DNA of 64,000 bases from assembly GCA_951406725.2 (NCBI GenBank), contig OX597819.1, positions 81,344,001-81,408,000 on the forward strand, written 5' to 3'. The DNA is from Octopus vulgaris. Its lineage: Eukaryota. Positions 39,295-53,170 of this stretch are shown piece after piece. The translations under genes were made by a program, and so were the position numbers. The notes beneath the pieces are model-generated. The model did no database searches. It saw nothing but the letters and a program-made list of their open reading frames with translations, and was not told the origin of the DNA. How positions within the stretch are numbered: the stretch's first letter is position 1; each line of letters opens with the position of its first letter.

Positions 39295-40389
39295 CTATTC
39301 TTTTATTTGTTTCAGTCATTTGACTGCGGTTATGCTGAAGCACCACCTTTAGTCGAACAAACCGACCCTAGGACTTATTCTTTGTAAGCCTTGTACTTAT
39401 TCTATTGGTCTCTTTTGCCCAACCACTGAGTTACAGGGACGTAAACACACCAAAATCGGTCAAACTATGTCAAACTATGCTGCGGGGGACAAACACAGTC
39501 ACACAAATATATACATATATATACGACGGGCTTCTTTCAGTATCCGTCTACCAAATCCACTCACAAGGTTTTGGTCGACCCAAGGCTATAGTAGAAGACA
39601 TTTGCCCAAGGTGCCATGCAGTGGGACTACCACACAGCCACTCCTGCATTAAGCAAACGACTTGAAAACTATATGAGCGAAAATTTTTGTTCCCCTTCTT
39701 TAAAAAAGCGGATATAGAGTTTGTATCTTTTAGCTTTTACTGAAATGATTGGCCTGCGACCATGCTGGGGCACACACTGCCTTCAAGAATATAGTTGGAC
39801 AAATCGACCCAAGTACTTATTTTTTATGGTCTGGAGATTATTCCATTGTCTATTTTGCTGAATCGCAATGTTAAATGGGCATAAACTAGCTAACATCGGT
39901 TGTCAAATAGTGGGGAATAGAGGACAAACATACATATATATGTATGTCAGTATATATACATATATACGTACATACGCACACACACACATACACTCACCAC
40001 ACGCACACACATGACGGGCTTCAACAGTTTGTTTCTCAAATTTATCACAAGGCATTGGTCGGGCCTGGGTCATAGTAGAGGTAATTTAACCAAGATGCTG
40101 CACTGTGGGACTAAAGACTTATTCCGATACTACGGAAATAAACCATTCTTGAACGGCGACGGTTGGAAAGCCGTTAGCCATGTGTGTATTCGACCAATCA
40201 ACAACAAAAAGCAACACACACTTATATATATATATATATATATATAAGGCGCAGGAGTGACTGTGTGGCAAGTAGCTTATACCAACCACATGGTTCCATG
40301 TTCAGTCCCACTGCGTTGCACCTTGGCAAGTGTCTTCTACCAAAGCCTTGTGAGTGGATTTGGTAGACGGAAGCAGAAAGAAGCCCGTC

Positions 40390-40392
<3 letters not shown>
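39295..40392. mobile_element. SINE family A cluster: 39295-39650(-), old 39730-40120(-), 40247-40390(+)
   Basis: Consensus matches. Confidence 0.8.
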
Positions 40393-40446
<54 letters not shown>

Positions 40447-40828
40447 CAAATTGAGATAGGGGTTGTAAATGCAACCCTCCATAGGATAACATATATCCAA
40501 TATACTGCTAGTGAAGTACCCAACAAAGTTAATACATAAGTGTTAAGGATTGCGGTGCAATCAATTCATTTACTGTATTATATGGGCAAAGGTAAAATGA
40601 TTTACCACAAATTACTAATACAAGATAAGAAAATGGAGAAATACATCTAAATCAAATATATTACCAGATAATACTCAATCACATACTTTATTAAACCACC
40701 ACATAAGAGACTGTAGGGTTAAACATAAAAAAGCAGAACAAATCAGTGTATAAAGGAATGTACATAAAAAGTGTACATAAAAGAGTAATGTTGTATAATA
40801 AGTAGAATATATATAAAAAGAGAATATA

Positions 40829-41228
40829 GGCGCAGGAGTGGCTGTGTGGTAAGTAGCTTGCTAACCAACCACATGGTTCCGGGTTCAGTCCACTGCGTGG
40901 CATCTTGGGCAAGTGTCTTCTGCTATAGCCCCGGGCCGACCAAAGCCTTGTGAGTGGATTTGGTAGACGGTGAAAGAAGCCCGTCGTATATATGTATATA
41001 TATACGTGTGTGTGTGTTTGTGTGTCTGTGTTGGTTCCCCTAGCATTGCTTGACAACCGATGCTGGTGTGTTTATGTCCCTGTTACTTAGCGGTTCGGCA
41101 AAAGAGACCGATAGGATAAGTACTGGGCTTACAAAAAGAATAAGTTCCGGGGTCGAGTTGCTCGATTAAAGGCGGTGCTCCAGCATGGCCGCAGTCAAAT
41201 GACTAAAACATGCAAAAGAGTAAAGAGT
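40829..41228 (+). mobile_element. SINE family A, full length, nested in the PLE remnant
   Basis: Complete head to (aaagagt) tail. Confidence 0.9.
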
Positions 41229-41264
41229 AATAAATATAAGTAAATATAAATATAAGTATAGATT

Positions 41265-41396
41265 ACATCTTACAGCTGTTTCGGCCATGTAGATAAGTAT
41301 GTCTCATTTTACCAATATTAGCCTTTTATGGTAGGTCAATATATAGATATAAATGAGACATTTACAAAAATATCATAAGGCCTCCTCGGAAATATA
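41265..41396 (-). ncRNA. Hammerhead motif with U4C core and long stem II
   Basis: tatattt CCGAGGA ggcc...atgtctcattt...aaatgagacat...ggcc GAAAC AGCT GTA agatgta. Confidence 0.7.
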
Positions 41397-41897
41397 CATA
41401 TACATATGAGTGCATATACTCACACTCCTATACACATAAAAATATACATATACATAATAATGTAAATAAATAATATAAATTAGTAAACATATATATGTTC
41501 CTATGTATATGTCTATTTTTATGTATAAAAAGATGGGGAATAAATTGTTTTTCACAAACAGATTATGAACCTCTATTTTGTCAAATACTGGTAGGACTGA
41601 AATGGAAAATTATTAAGCTGAAAAATACTATTTCGTCGTTTGAATATCGAACGTGAAAGATAGGATTTAAGCAAGTATTTTCCTCATTTATAGTCACGTT
41701 CAAATTCCTTGATTTGGTAACCAATAGAGCTCATCCTTCGATGATAACAGATTTACGATTCTGGTTAAAATGATCTTGTTATCTAAAAATTATTGTCACG
41801 TCAAATTTGTTCTTTGAAGAGCGAAGGCAGACAAAACAAAACAAAAAATATCACAGAATTAAGCACCGAGAAGAAATACCGAAAAATAATTAGATAT

Positions 41898-41962
<65 letters not shown>

Positions 41963-42696
41963 TACTGCAGTAGCAGCAGCAGCTGCAGGTGGAAATCTTG
42001 GATGTTCTTCAATTGAGCGTTATCTAATTGTTCGCCAATGAAGCAAAAAGAAAGAAAAAAATGTAAGAAAAACATTAATTACGCGAATGTTCCGCGAAAT
42101 AAAATTTGATAAAGTTAGGAACGATTTCATCATTAAGAAGCGGTCCTCTACCACACTCTCTAATATTATTCATTAGTTGATGCTCTCAGTAGATGAACGT
42201 CAATCCAGTATATTGTATTGATGATATCAAGGAGTTCCTAATTCTGAATACTTAGCTTTCACGCGCCAAATTGGTTTCTTAAAGTATTTTGTGTTGCCAG
42301 CGTCATAAGAAACTTAAGCTATACAAACTTCACTCAATTTCTCCCTCGTCTTAGCAACAGGAAAAAAACCTCGCTACTTTATTAGTTTCTCTCATTATTC
42401 TTCAAATCTAGCAATGCGGTACAAATACTCGATGGTTACATATATTAATCTACTAGAAAGCAAAATTAACGAATAATAAGTATCCAGTCTACCTAGGAGT
42501 GGGGGATGTGTGAGTAGATAACTCATTGCCCTCGCATTTTAGGATTAAGTATCCTTCAATAAGGAACTTAATTCTATCTGTAGGACTTAGTACAAATGAG
42601 AGTTAAATACCAAGATCTATTCATGACCTTTAGAGAAATGCTCGTGCGTTACAAAAAATGTTTCACGGCAGAATTACTGTCAGACTAAAAGCGTAA

Positions 42697-42765
<69 letters not shown>

Positions 42766-43179
42766 GTCTGTCTGTCTGTCTGTATGTCTGTCTGTCTGTC
42801 TGTCTGTATGTATGTATGTATGTATGTATGTATGTATGTATATGTATATATATATATATATATATTAACGGTGGAATTCGAAACATTGATATGATGTAAG
42901 CGATATATACATGTATATATATGTATACACATACATACACACCTACACATACGTACGTATATACAAAGCTGGAGTATTTACAGATACCACATTTGTCTGA
43001 ATGATAAATGAGTTAAAACAATTGGAAAAAACCACTTGAAACAACTATATGCGATATTACACATAAAGCGATGGGACAGGCTTTGTTTCTCCAAACCGAA
43101 TTTTCGACAAATTTAGCGAACCTAACATAAGCTTATCTCCACTTTTGAATGGCTGCTGTTTTGAGAGAGCTGATACAAG

Positions 43180-43355
43180 AATTTTACTACTAATACAACC
43201 CACACCACACACGTATAAATACATACACCTACCTAGGGCGCACGCACACACACACACACACACACGTGTGTGTGTGTGTGTGTGTGTGTGCGTGCGCCCT
43301 AGGTAGGTGTATGTATTTATACGTGTGTGGTGTGGGTTGTATTAGTAGTAAAATT
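43180..43355. repeat. Spacer-less palindrome centred on (CA)n|(TG)n
   Basis: About 65 bp unique arms are exact reverse complements; centre at 43265/43266. Confidence 0.9.
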
Positions 43356-43356
43356 T

Positions 43357-43613
43357 AAAAATAAATGCACCCTTTTAAAGCCTAGCCAGGCTCATGGGCC
43401 CGGTTTCCGATTTCAGTGGCGTATGTGTTCTCCAACTGGACGGGACGCCAGTCCATCGCAGCGTTACTCAATTTTGCCAGCTGAGTGGACTGGAGCAACG
43501 TGAAATGAAGTGTTTTGCTCAAGAACACAACGCGTCACCCGGTCTAGGAATCGAAACCACAATCTTACGATCATGGTGCTGGCACCCTTACCACTAAGCC
43601 ACGCGCCTCCACA
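43357..43613 (-). mobile_element. SINE family C (tRNA-derived head, Meta/V-like domains); related copy with a different tail at 50886-51135(-)
   Basis: ggaggcgcgtggcttagtggtaaggg...ggtttcgattcc (A/B boxes), gttgtgttcttgagcaaaacact, gcgatggactggcgtcccgtccag, (attt) tail. Confidence 0.8.
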
Positions 43614-43927
43614 GTACTAGTAGTAATAGGTATTAATTGCATTGTTTCAAGCAGTTCTTTTTACCTAGTTATTTAACTCTAAATAATCCAGCTTTTTATT
43701 ACATAATGACTAAATTATTTGAGCTATTATACCTCGGGTTAAATAGATTGAAATGTGTTGGTTCGATGTATATTAAGTATATTAAGATGAGATGTTGTTA
43801 GAAATGTTCAACTCTCACCATGTATTCAGTTCTTGTCTTAATGCATAACTGTATTGCTGTTTGTCTATGTGTGTATACTTTAATGTCCTATGCTTAATAA
43901 CAAACATGAATGAAAAGATCACATATT

Positions 43928-44082
43928 TTGGCTGTGCAGTTAAGAAGCTAGCTTTGTATCTCCCTGGTTTCGGGTTCTGCCTCACTACGCGGTACTTTGG
44001 ACAAGTGTCTTCTACCTTAATCGGCCAATACCTTCTGAGCGAATTTGGTAAATGAAAATACGTGAAAGCCTGTCGTATGTAC

Positions 44083-44114
<32 letters not shown>

Positions 44115-44148
44115 TTATGTGTGTATATAGATAGACAGATAGATATGC

Positions 44149-44230
<82 letters not shown>

Positions 44231-44235
44231 GTAGG

Positions 44236-44291
<56 letters not shown>

Positions 44292-44520
44292 CGTTTGTGC
44301 GAGCGCACACGTGTGTGTGTTTGCGCTTTTTTTATATTGTGCTCTCCTGACAACCTTTGACAACCGCTGTTGGTTTGTTTGCGTCTCCGTAACGTAACAG
44401 TACGCAAAAAGAGACAGACGTAATAAGTGCCGTGTTTGAAAACATAATAAGTACTGAAAGTCGATTTCTTCGACTAAATCCTATTCCAGCATGGCCACTG
44501 CTCGATGGTTGAAGTAGTAA
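43928..44520 (+). mobile_element. Old SINE family A copy with an expanded internal (GATA)n/(GACA)n
   Basis: Diverged head and tail flank the microsatellite. Confidence 0.65.
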
Positions 44521-45436
44521 AAAAAAATTGAGAAATGAATTTCGTTTCAATAATAAAAAAAAAAGGAAATGAATAAGGAACTAAAAAAAAAAAACGAATC
44601 ATATCTGGTTGTTCAATCGACTGCCTGTTTGCCGATGGCAGTTCTTGATGAAGGCTGCGCAACAACAACCCAAGTATGCTAACTGTATCTAATGACTAAA
44701 ACGAACTTGAAGAACGTAACAATATCGACCCGCGTTGGTCTCCTTAAAGATTTTACACTAAATAAGCTGACTGGATTAATCCTAACATGACGAATGTTAT
44801 AAATAACGTTTTTTTTTTTTAAGCTTCAGTACAGTTGAAAATGAGCTGCGTCAAAGTAATGGTGGCAGTAAAACCAATGTTGATAAGTAGAAGTGATCTA
44901 GAGTTTGGGTTGCATAAAAACTGTGATAATAATGAATGGTGGTAACAATGGTGATAAGGATAGCGCTTGTATCACTAATGTTGACGTTTATGCCGATTGC
45001 TGGACAGGCCTATTGATAACATTTACATTAGTTATTACTAGTGGTTTATTGTGATAGTAAGGATGGCAGTAAACAATAGTGAAGGTAGTAATGCCAATGG
45101 TGGTCTTTTATCTTTTAATTTTTTTACCTGTTTCAGTTATTGGACGGCAACCATGCTGGGACACTGCCTGGAAGGGTTTCAGTAGAACTAATCGACTTAT
45201 CTTTAAGTCTAGTGGTTATTCTAATACTCTTTTTTGCCGAAACGTTAATTTATGGCAACGCAAACAAACCAACTCCTGTTCTCAAGCAGGAGGAGGAAGC
45301 CTCAGCAAACATAGACATACATAAATACACACATATGCACGCATACGCACACGCATACACACACACATACACACATATATATGCATATGATATATATATA
45401 CAAAATAAGAAAATGGAGGAATAGATTTATATATAT

Positions 45437-46066
45437 ATACAAAATAAGAAAATGGAGGAATAGATTTCTTTCAATCATCAACTTCCAGATAATACCAATT
45501 CATATAATTTATTAACTAATTATTTAGATTAAATAGGAACATGTAAATCCAACAGAATAAGACAGAATAAAACAATATACATCAATAAGTAAGATAATAC
45601 CATAAGAATAATACATATAAAATGGATCTTACAGCTGTTTCAGCCTGTAGATAAGAGTATCTCATTATGCCCATATTAGTCAGATGCTGAAACAGCTGTA
45701 AGATCCATTTTATATGTATTATTCTTATGGTATTATCTTACTTATTGATGTATATTGTTTTATTCTGTCTTATTCTGTTGGATTTGGATGTTCCTATTTA
45801 ATCTAAATAATTAGTTAATAAATTATATGAATTGGTATTATCTGGAAGTTGATGATTGAAAAAAATCTATTCCTCCATTTTCTTATTTTGTATTATGAAT
45901 TTGAGGTAAAACATTTTACCTTCGGCCATATAATACAATAAATGAATTAATTGCATTGCAATTCTTAGCATTTATGTATTTGCCTTCTGGGTACTTTACT
46001 GGCAGTATATTGGATAAATGATATCCCATAATGGGTTACACTCATAACCCCTATCTCACTTTGTAC
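45437..46066. mobile_element. PLE-type insertion in (TA)n: about 208-bp inverted repeat (45437-45644 / 45686-45893) plus 3' tail
   Basis: About 3 mismatches between arms. The arms meet at the 3' half of the hammerhead (GAAACAGCTGTA). The outer end is duplicated at about 45396-45428. Confidence 0.85.
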
Positions 46067-46102
<36 letters not shown>

Positions 46103-47087
46103 ATATATTATATATAATATATATGACGGTCTTCCACACATTTGCTCACCTCAACTCTTCAATGCAGTGCTTCAATATAGTCACAGTTCCTGTGAATGGA
46201 ACGAATAATATTTTTTTTTTTTAAATAGGATCCACAGTAAGAAAGTTTAAAGCGTTTATCTGCCTGGAAAATACTAGAATGCTACACCTGTGCAATAAAA
46301 TAATTAGCTCATTCTCAACAGTAGCAACGTCTCAAAGACACCACAATCTAATCCATGCTCACAATCTACTCTAACCTTTAGTTCCCTTCACGTACTGCCT
46401 TCTCTTTGTGAATTTTTTCTTTAGTGATTTTACTATAGTGATCTTGGCTCCTCAGTCTATCTTGTCTTTCCAGAAGGTTGAATCTCTTAATACTCTTCCT
46501 ACATTTTTTTTTCTGTAGTCACCTACATGCAGCAGTTTAAGCAACATGAAACTCGTTGGTCTTATACAATTTACAAAGGTCATAGGCAGAGTCCTTTCTT
46601 CCAAACCAAGCTAAAAATTTTTTTTAATTATAACAATAATTAATTTAGACATTTAGGTATTTGCGCTCGTGTAACTTATCCAAGAATATCTCGGAATCAT
46701 AACATAACAGACATGGAAAGAAATATGGCTTAAGTCAGGGTCGTCAACTTGTTCATATTAGGCGGGACAGATTGACGCATAAACTAAATCTAGCGAGCAT
46801 ATAGGCACAATTAAAACCCTATTAAGCCCAAGATACACGGATGACTGGACTAATATACATTTCAATAGTTTTATTAGCTACATAGTTCAGAATATGAGCT
46901 GTTAGCAATGTTTGTGTGCAGAGGTGTGTGAGGAACCCTCATCCACGTGGTATATGTTAAGTATTACCAAATAAGAATCCTTTGGGTGAGAAAGAGATGA
47001 AAATAGCCTCATTGAATGCTTACATTTCTTAAGAAGTCTAATACTTGATTAAAAGCTTGCATATTTTCAGCTACAAAACCTTTCAAT

Positions 47088-47558
47088 GTTCTTTTCTACT
47101 CAAGGCACAAGGCCCGAAATTTTGGGGGAGGGGCCAGTCGATTAGTCAGTGCACCTTAGGGATTCGTTATTTCAACCAATGAAAAAAATTCTTATTATTC
47201 CATATACAAAAATATGGTCATCTAGTATTTTCACTTCAACCCGAAAGGCAATGTCGACCTCGGCGGGATATGAAATCAGAACGTAAGGACGGACGAAATA
47301 TCGCTAACGATTTCGCCCGGCGTGCTAACGTTTCTTATTTCCTTATTGCCCACAAAGAGCTAAACATAGAGGGGACAAACAAGGACAGACAAAGGGATTA
47401 AGTCGATTGCATCGACCTCAGTGCGTAACTGGTACTTAATTTATTGACCCCGAAAGGATGAAAGGCAAAGTCGACCTTGGCGGAATTTGAACTCAGAACG
47501 TAACGGCAGAATAAGGCATTTCGGCCGGCGTACTAACGTTTCTGCCAGCTCACCGCCA
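47088..47558 (-). mobile_element. SINE family B tandem pair
   Basis: Two minus-strand copies with different tails; the first is interrupted at 47146-47238. Confidence 0.8.
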
Positions 47559-48031
47559 TGGAAAAAAAAACAAAAAAAAACTTTTCAATATTACTTTTAT
47601 CAATGGAAGCCATTCGAACACGTGCGTCAATATAAAAAAAGAAACCGACCTTCCACTTGGTTCGGTATTGAGTGAAAATAGATTATATCTTTTCGTATAT
47701 GGAATTATAAGCATTTTTTTCATTGGTTGAAATAACAAACGAATCTCTAAGGTGCACTGATGTGACTCATTGGAACCACTCACGTCTCTAGTCCGGCTGC
47801 GACAGAACGCATCCTAACGTTATATATTTTATAGTATGTTTTAAAAAAATAAAATCTATAAAATTAAACCGGGAACTGGTCTAAACATTGACGCTGCCTG
47901 GATGCGTTCACGGGTCGTATATTTGGCATGGGTAAAGGAGCGATCAGGAAACGTTTAGAAAGCATATAAAGGAAGAGCAGAAATTGGAATAATGTTACGA
48001 TTTATATCAGTAATGTACTTGTAAAATAATT

Positions 48032-48196
48032 AGGTGTGGCTGTGTGGTAAGTAGCTTGCTTACCAACCACATGGTCCCGGGTTCAGTTCCACTGCGTGGC
48101 ACCTTGGGCAAGTGTCTTCTACTATAGCCTCGGACCGGCCAAAGCCTTGTGAATGGATTTGATAGACGGAAACTGAAAGAAGCCCGTCGTATATAA

Positions 48197-48254
<58 letters not shown>

Positions 48255-48325
48255 TTTATTTTATTTTTATTTTATTTTATCTAGTTTCAGCTCACGAGCT
48301 GTGGCCATGCTGGGGCACCGCCATT

Positions 48326-48383
<58 letters not shown>

Positions 48384-48384
48384 T

Positions 48385-48416
<32 letters not shown>

Positions 48417-48638
48417 TTGTGTGTCTGTGTTTGTCCCCCCAACATCACATGACAACTGATGCTGGTGTGTTTACGTCCCTGTAACTTAGCGGTTCGGCAA
48501 AAAAGAGACCGATAGAATAAGTACTCGGCTTACAAAGAATAAGTCCTGGGGTCGATTTCTTCGACTAAAGGCGGTGCTCCAGCATGGCCGTAGTCAAAAT
48601 GACTGAAACAAGTAAAAGGGTAAAAGCGTAAAAGAGTA
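48032..48638 (+). mobile_element. SINE family A, full length, with an antisense tail fragment (48280-48323) in its TA tract
   Basis: Consensus match. Confidence 0.9.
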
Positions 48639-48828
48639 ATAGCAATTGTTGACACATTGTGTACGGGATAAAAACCTGGCCGGTAGGTTAAAGGGAAAAA
48701 GTAGAACTCGTTTATCGGAATGTTGATTCTAAAGTATTGGAAATAAGATAGGTAAGAAGGAAATAAGATTCGGTGTCTAAAAGAAAATGGAATGAATGAA
48801 AATAAATGGTTTATCTAAGCGATGATCT

Positions 48829-49015
48829 CACTTCTTCTTCTTCTTCGTCTTCTTCTTCTTTTTCTTCTTCTTCTTCTTCTTCTTCTTCTTCTTCTTCTTC
48901 TTCTTCTTCTTCTTTTTTCTTTTTCTTCTTTTTCTTTTTCTTCTTCTTCTTCTTCTTCTTCTTCTTCTTCTTCTTCTTCTTCTTCTCTCTATCTCTTTCT
49001 CTCTCTTTCTCTCGC

Positions 49016-49064
<49 letters not shown>

Positions 49065-49250
49065 ATATCTATCTATCTACCTACCTACCTATCTATCTAT
49101 CTACCTACCTACCTATCTATCTATCTATCTATCTACCTACATACCTATCTATCTATCTATCTACCTATCTATCTATCTATCTATCTGTATTCAGCCCTGT
49201 GTGGCTAATAAAAGAAAGTTATCTATCTATCTATCTATCGATCTATCTAT
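48829..49250. repeat. (TTC)n then (TATC)n/(TACC)n microsatellites; (TC)n at 49636-49947
   Basis: Seen directly. Confidence 0.95.
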
Positions 49251-49643
49251 AATATCTAGCTCACTCTAGTTCCTCTATCTGTTCATTGGGTTTCTATGTG
49301 CTTTCTTTGATCTATTATCCCTTCTTGTTTCCCTTCTTTTCTTCTTTCTTATTTCCTTCTTTCTCTCCCTCAATTTGTTTCTTTCTTTTTCCCCTCCTCT
49401 CCCCTCCCTCCCTCTCTCTCTCATATGTAAATATACAATGTATGTGTGTGCGTGAGCATGCGTGCTTTGTATGTATAATACTGTCATTTCAGTATATAAT
49501 ACGTTATAATATATTTATGTATTAATTTAAAATCCTACTGACCACACACGCGTCTGCGCGCACAAGTAGTTTACCCAACGAATATACTCACACACACAAA
49601 CACATACACATACATACACACAAACATACACACAATCTCTCTT

Positions 49644-49677
<34 letters not shown>

Positions 49678-49697
49678 TCTCTTTCTTTCTCTCTCTC

Positions 49698-49766
<69 letters not shown>

Positions 49767-49781
49767 TTCTTTCTCTCTCTT

Positions 49782-49853
<72 letters not shown>

Positions 49854-50394
49854 TTCTCTTTCTCTCTCTTTCTCTCTCTCTCTCCCTCTCTCTTTATTTC
49901 TCTCTCTTTATTTCTCTCTCTCTCTTTCTTTCTCTCTCCCTCTCTCTCACGCACACACTTGTATTCACAACCTAGTCATATACACATTCATACACACACA
50001 ACACGTGAAGCGCAAACACGCACGTGCACACACGCAGATAACACGCTCATCTATACATACACTCAAATTCACCCACTGTCTCTCTCTCTCTCTCACACAC
50101 ACACACACGAACGCATACGCACGCACACACATGTAAACACATAAACACACTCACGAACATTCACATATACAGATGCACATACATACGTTTATCCTTGTGT
50201 ACGTACACACGGTTGGAAGAAATTTCCTATGCAAAGCGCTTTTGTTGTAAGAAAGTTAATATATTTCAGAATATTTTGATGTCATACGATAAACCAATAA
50301 AACAATTAAAAAAAACAACAACAACAAAAGCAAGATCGAGTTAGAGTCAATTAAGTGTTGCTTATCATTTTTATACGCGATACCTGCAACAATA

Positions 50395-50793
50395 TTCTTT
50401 TCTACTCTAGGGCACAAGGCCAGAAATTTTGGGGGAGGGGATCAGTCGATTACATCAATCCAAGTACGCAACTGGTAATTAATTAATCACCCCGAAAGGA
50501 TAAAAAGCAAAGTCGACCTCGGCGGAATTTGAACTCAGAACGTAACGGCAGACGAAATACCTATTTCTTTACTGCCCACAAGGGGCTAAGCACAGAGAGG
50601 ACAAACAAGGACAGACAAACGGATTAAGTCGATTACAACGACCCCAGTGCGTAACTGGTACTTATTTAATCGACCCCGAAAGGATGAAAAGCAAAGTCGA
50701 CCTCGGCGGAATTTGAACTCAGAACGTAGCGGCAGACGAAATACCGCTAAGCACTGCGCCCGGCGTGCTAACGTTTTTGCCAGCACGCCGCCT
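50395..50793 (-). mobile_element. Young SINE family B nested/dimeric insertion with target-site duplication
   Basis: atacctgcaacaatatt flanks both sides (about 50380-50396 and 50797-50813). Confidence 0.9.
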
Positions 50794-51144
50794 CAAATAC
50801 CTGCAACAATATTGACTCTCCGCACCTAGCTTCTTTGTTTTGTATGATTTTGTTATATGCTCCTATGACTTATTTTAGATATTCGATCAATAGCACAGCC
50901 TGTGGCTAAGCACTCCACGGGCACGTGTACCCTTAACGTTTTTCTCAGGGAAATTCAACATGACACACCTAATGTGACAAGGCTGGCACAATGAGCTAAA
51001 GCCACAACTCATTTTTGCCAGCTGAGTAGAGAGGAGCAAAGTGAAATAAAGTGTTTCGCTTAAGGACACGACGCATCTACAAGAATCGAACTTACGACCT
51101 TATGATCGTGAGCCGAATACATTAACCATTTAGTCATATATATT

Positions 51145-51522
51145 ATCTTTCATCTTTTACTTCATTGGATTCTGGTCATGCCTTCAGGGGTTTAGTCGAA
51201 CAAATCGACTCCAGAATTTACAAGTCTGGTACTTATTTTATCGGGGCCTTTTTGTCGAACTGCTAATTTACGGAGACGTAAAGAATCTAACACAAGTTGT
51301 CAATGAGTGGTGAGGAACAAACGCAAGCGCAAAAAAACATACACACAAATACACTCACATACATATATGGCAGGCTTCCACACAGTTGCCATCTGTAGAA
51401 TCTAACCACAATGCTTTCTGTCGGTCCGGGCCATAGTAAAAGACTCTTACCCAAGGTTCCACATAGCAGGACTAATCAGGAAAACATGTGGTTTGGAAGC
51501 AAATTTGTTACTACACAGCCAT
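51145..51522 (-). mobile_element. Old SINE family A copy
   Basis: Diverged consensus match. Confidence 0.65.
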
Positions 51523-51937
51523 AATATTTATGTGTATGCGTGTGTGGTGAGTATTAAGGAAGCATTTTTGTGCTCAAGTCACATAGTGATTGCCCTCATA
51601 CAATTCACCAGCAGACAGATGTGTTTTGCAGGAGCTAATTCTTTGGGCTATAACCTCGCAGAAAATAGAATTCAGTGGATTACAGCATGTCATGAGATAT
51701 CTTTGTGTTTACAGTGACATTACTGTACACAATAGTTAATTATACCAACCTTTATTACCTGCGGTCACTCGGCCTGCAGACAATGCAGTTAAATAATACC
51801 CTGTCATCTTTGAAATGAATAAATATTCCAAATATAGTAATCCAAAATATATTATGCCGAGAAAGCAAGCGAGATAATTATGTTTTTGATTGCCAGTCGA
51901 ACGAAGTATATTCGTGGCAGTAATATTTTCTCAACCC

Positions 51938-53170
51938 GCGGCAGCAAGCCGGCAGAATCGTCATCCTGCCGATCAAAATACTTAACGGTGTTTCATCCGT
52001 CTTCGCGTTCTGAATATAAATTTTATCAGAGTTGACTTTGCCTTTCATCCTTCCGGGATCGGTAAAATAAGTACCAGTTGAGCACTGGGGCCGACGTAAT
52101 CGACTTGCCTATCCCCCAAAATTCCTGGCTTTGTGCCAAAATTTGAAATTAATATTTTCCCAACTTGCCTATTCAACTTGTTCGCTTCCCTTGCGGCCAT
52201 CGCAAGATTCTGTGCTCGAACAAAAAATAGCCTGAACACGGGATAGGGTGCAATATGTCCAAACTTCCACATTATACCCTATACGAATCATGACTGCATG
52301 GTGGAGTGTGTATTGTGGGTCTCTGCAAAGCGAAAGGAGTAGTACACCTGAAAACCCAAATCTACGGGTCGTATCCGATTAGAGCAGATATGAGACCACA
52401 CAAACAACCTAATTTACAGTTGTTGAAGGCTATGTGACAGAAAGCAAGCTGTGAACTGATCCATCGGTACTCTATCGACTGGACCACCTGCGACTTTTAA
52501 AGCTTTTAGTATGTCTATTCCTCTATCTTGTTATTGTGCTTATTAGAAATATTTTTCAAATCCCATCGAAGTTGACATTGGGTTCGATGTAATCGACTCG
52601 ACCTCCTTTGTTCTAAAATACGATGAGCAAGGCAAAATCGTTAGCGCGTCCGCCCAAATTCTAAGCGACATTTCTTCCGGTCTTTGCCTTTCATTCTTTC
52701 AGAGTCGATAAAATAAATACCCAGTGGATCACTGGAGTCGACGAAATCGACGTATCCCCTCCCCTAAAATTGCTGGCCTTGTGCCAAAATTTGAAACCTT
52801 TCTAATTATTATTAGAAATATGATACGAATCCCGCTGAGGTCGACATTGTCTTTCATTGATTAAGGAACGATAAAACATATACCATTTGAGTATTGGTGG
52901 GGGATATAATCGAATCACCCCTCCCCTAAAATTGCTGACCTTTGTGCTAAAATTTGGAACAATTAAAGGCAGTGAGCTGGCAGAATCGGACCAAATACTT
53001 AGTGGCATTTCTTCCAGTCTTGACTTTCTGAATTCAAATTCTGCCGGGGTCAACTTTGTATATCATCTTTTCAGGGTCTATAAAATTAGTACCAGTCAAG
53101 TACTGGAATCGATGTAATTGACAAACCCCTCTCCTAAAATTGATGACCTTGTGCCAAAGTTTGAAACAGT
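51938..53170 (+). mobile_element. Cluster of diverged SINE family B copies (51938-52150 and three or more in 52560-53170)
   Basis: Repeated cores and cttgtgccaaaatttgaaa tails. Confidence 0.75.

Larger units (their letters stand above)
40445..41560 (-). mobile_element. PLE-type 3' end (same family as 45437-46066) interrupted by a SINE A
   Basis: Reverse complement of 40445-40690 aligns to 45830-46066 (catataatacagtaaatgaatt...acccctatctca.tttgta). The hammerhead part lies beyond the SINE. Confidence 0.8.

Noticed and set aside
47146-47760. MITE with about 90-bp TIRs
   Set aside because: The host SINE continues across the left copy and no TSD is visible; better explained as a templated insertion.
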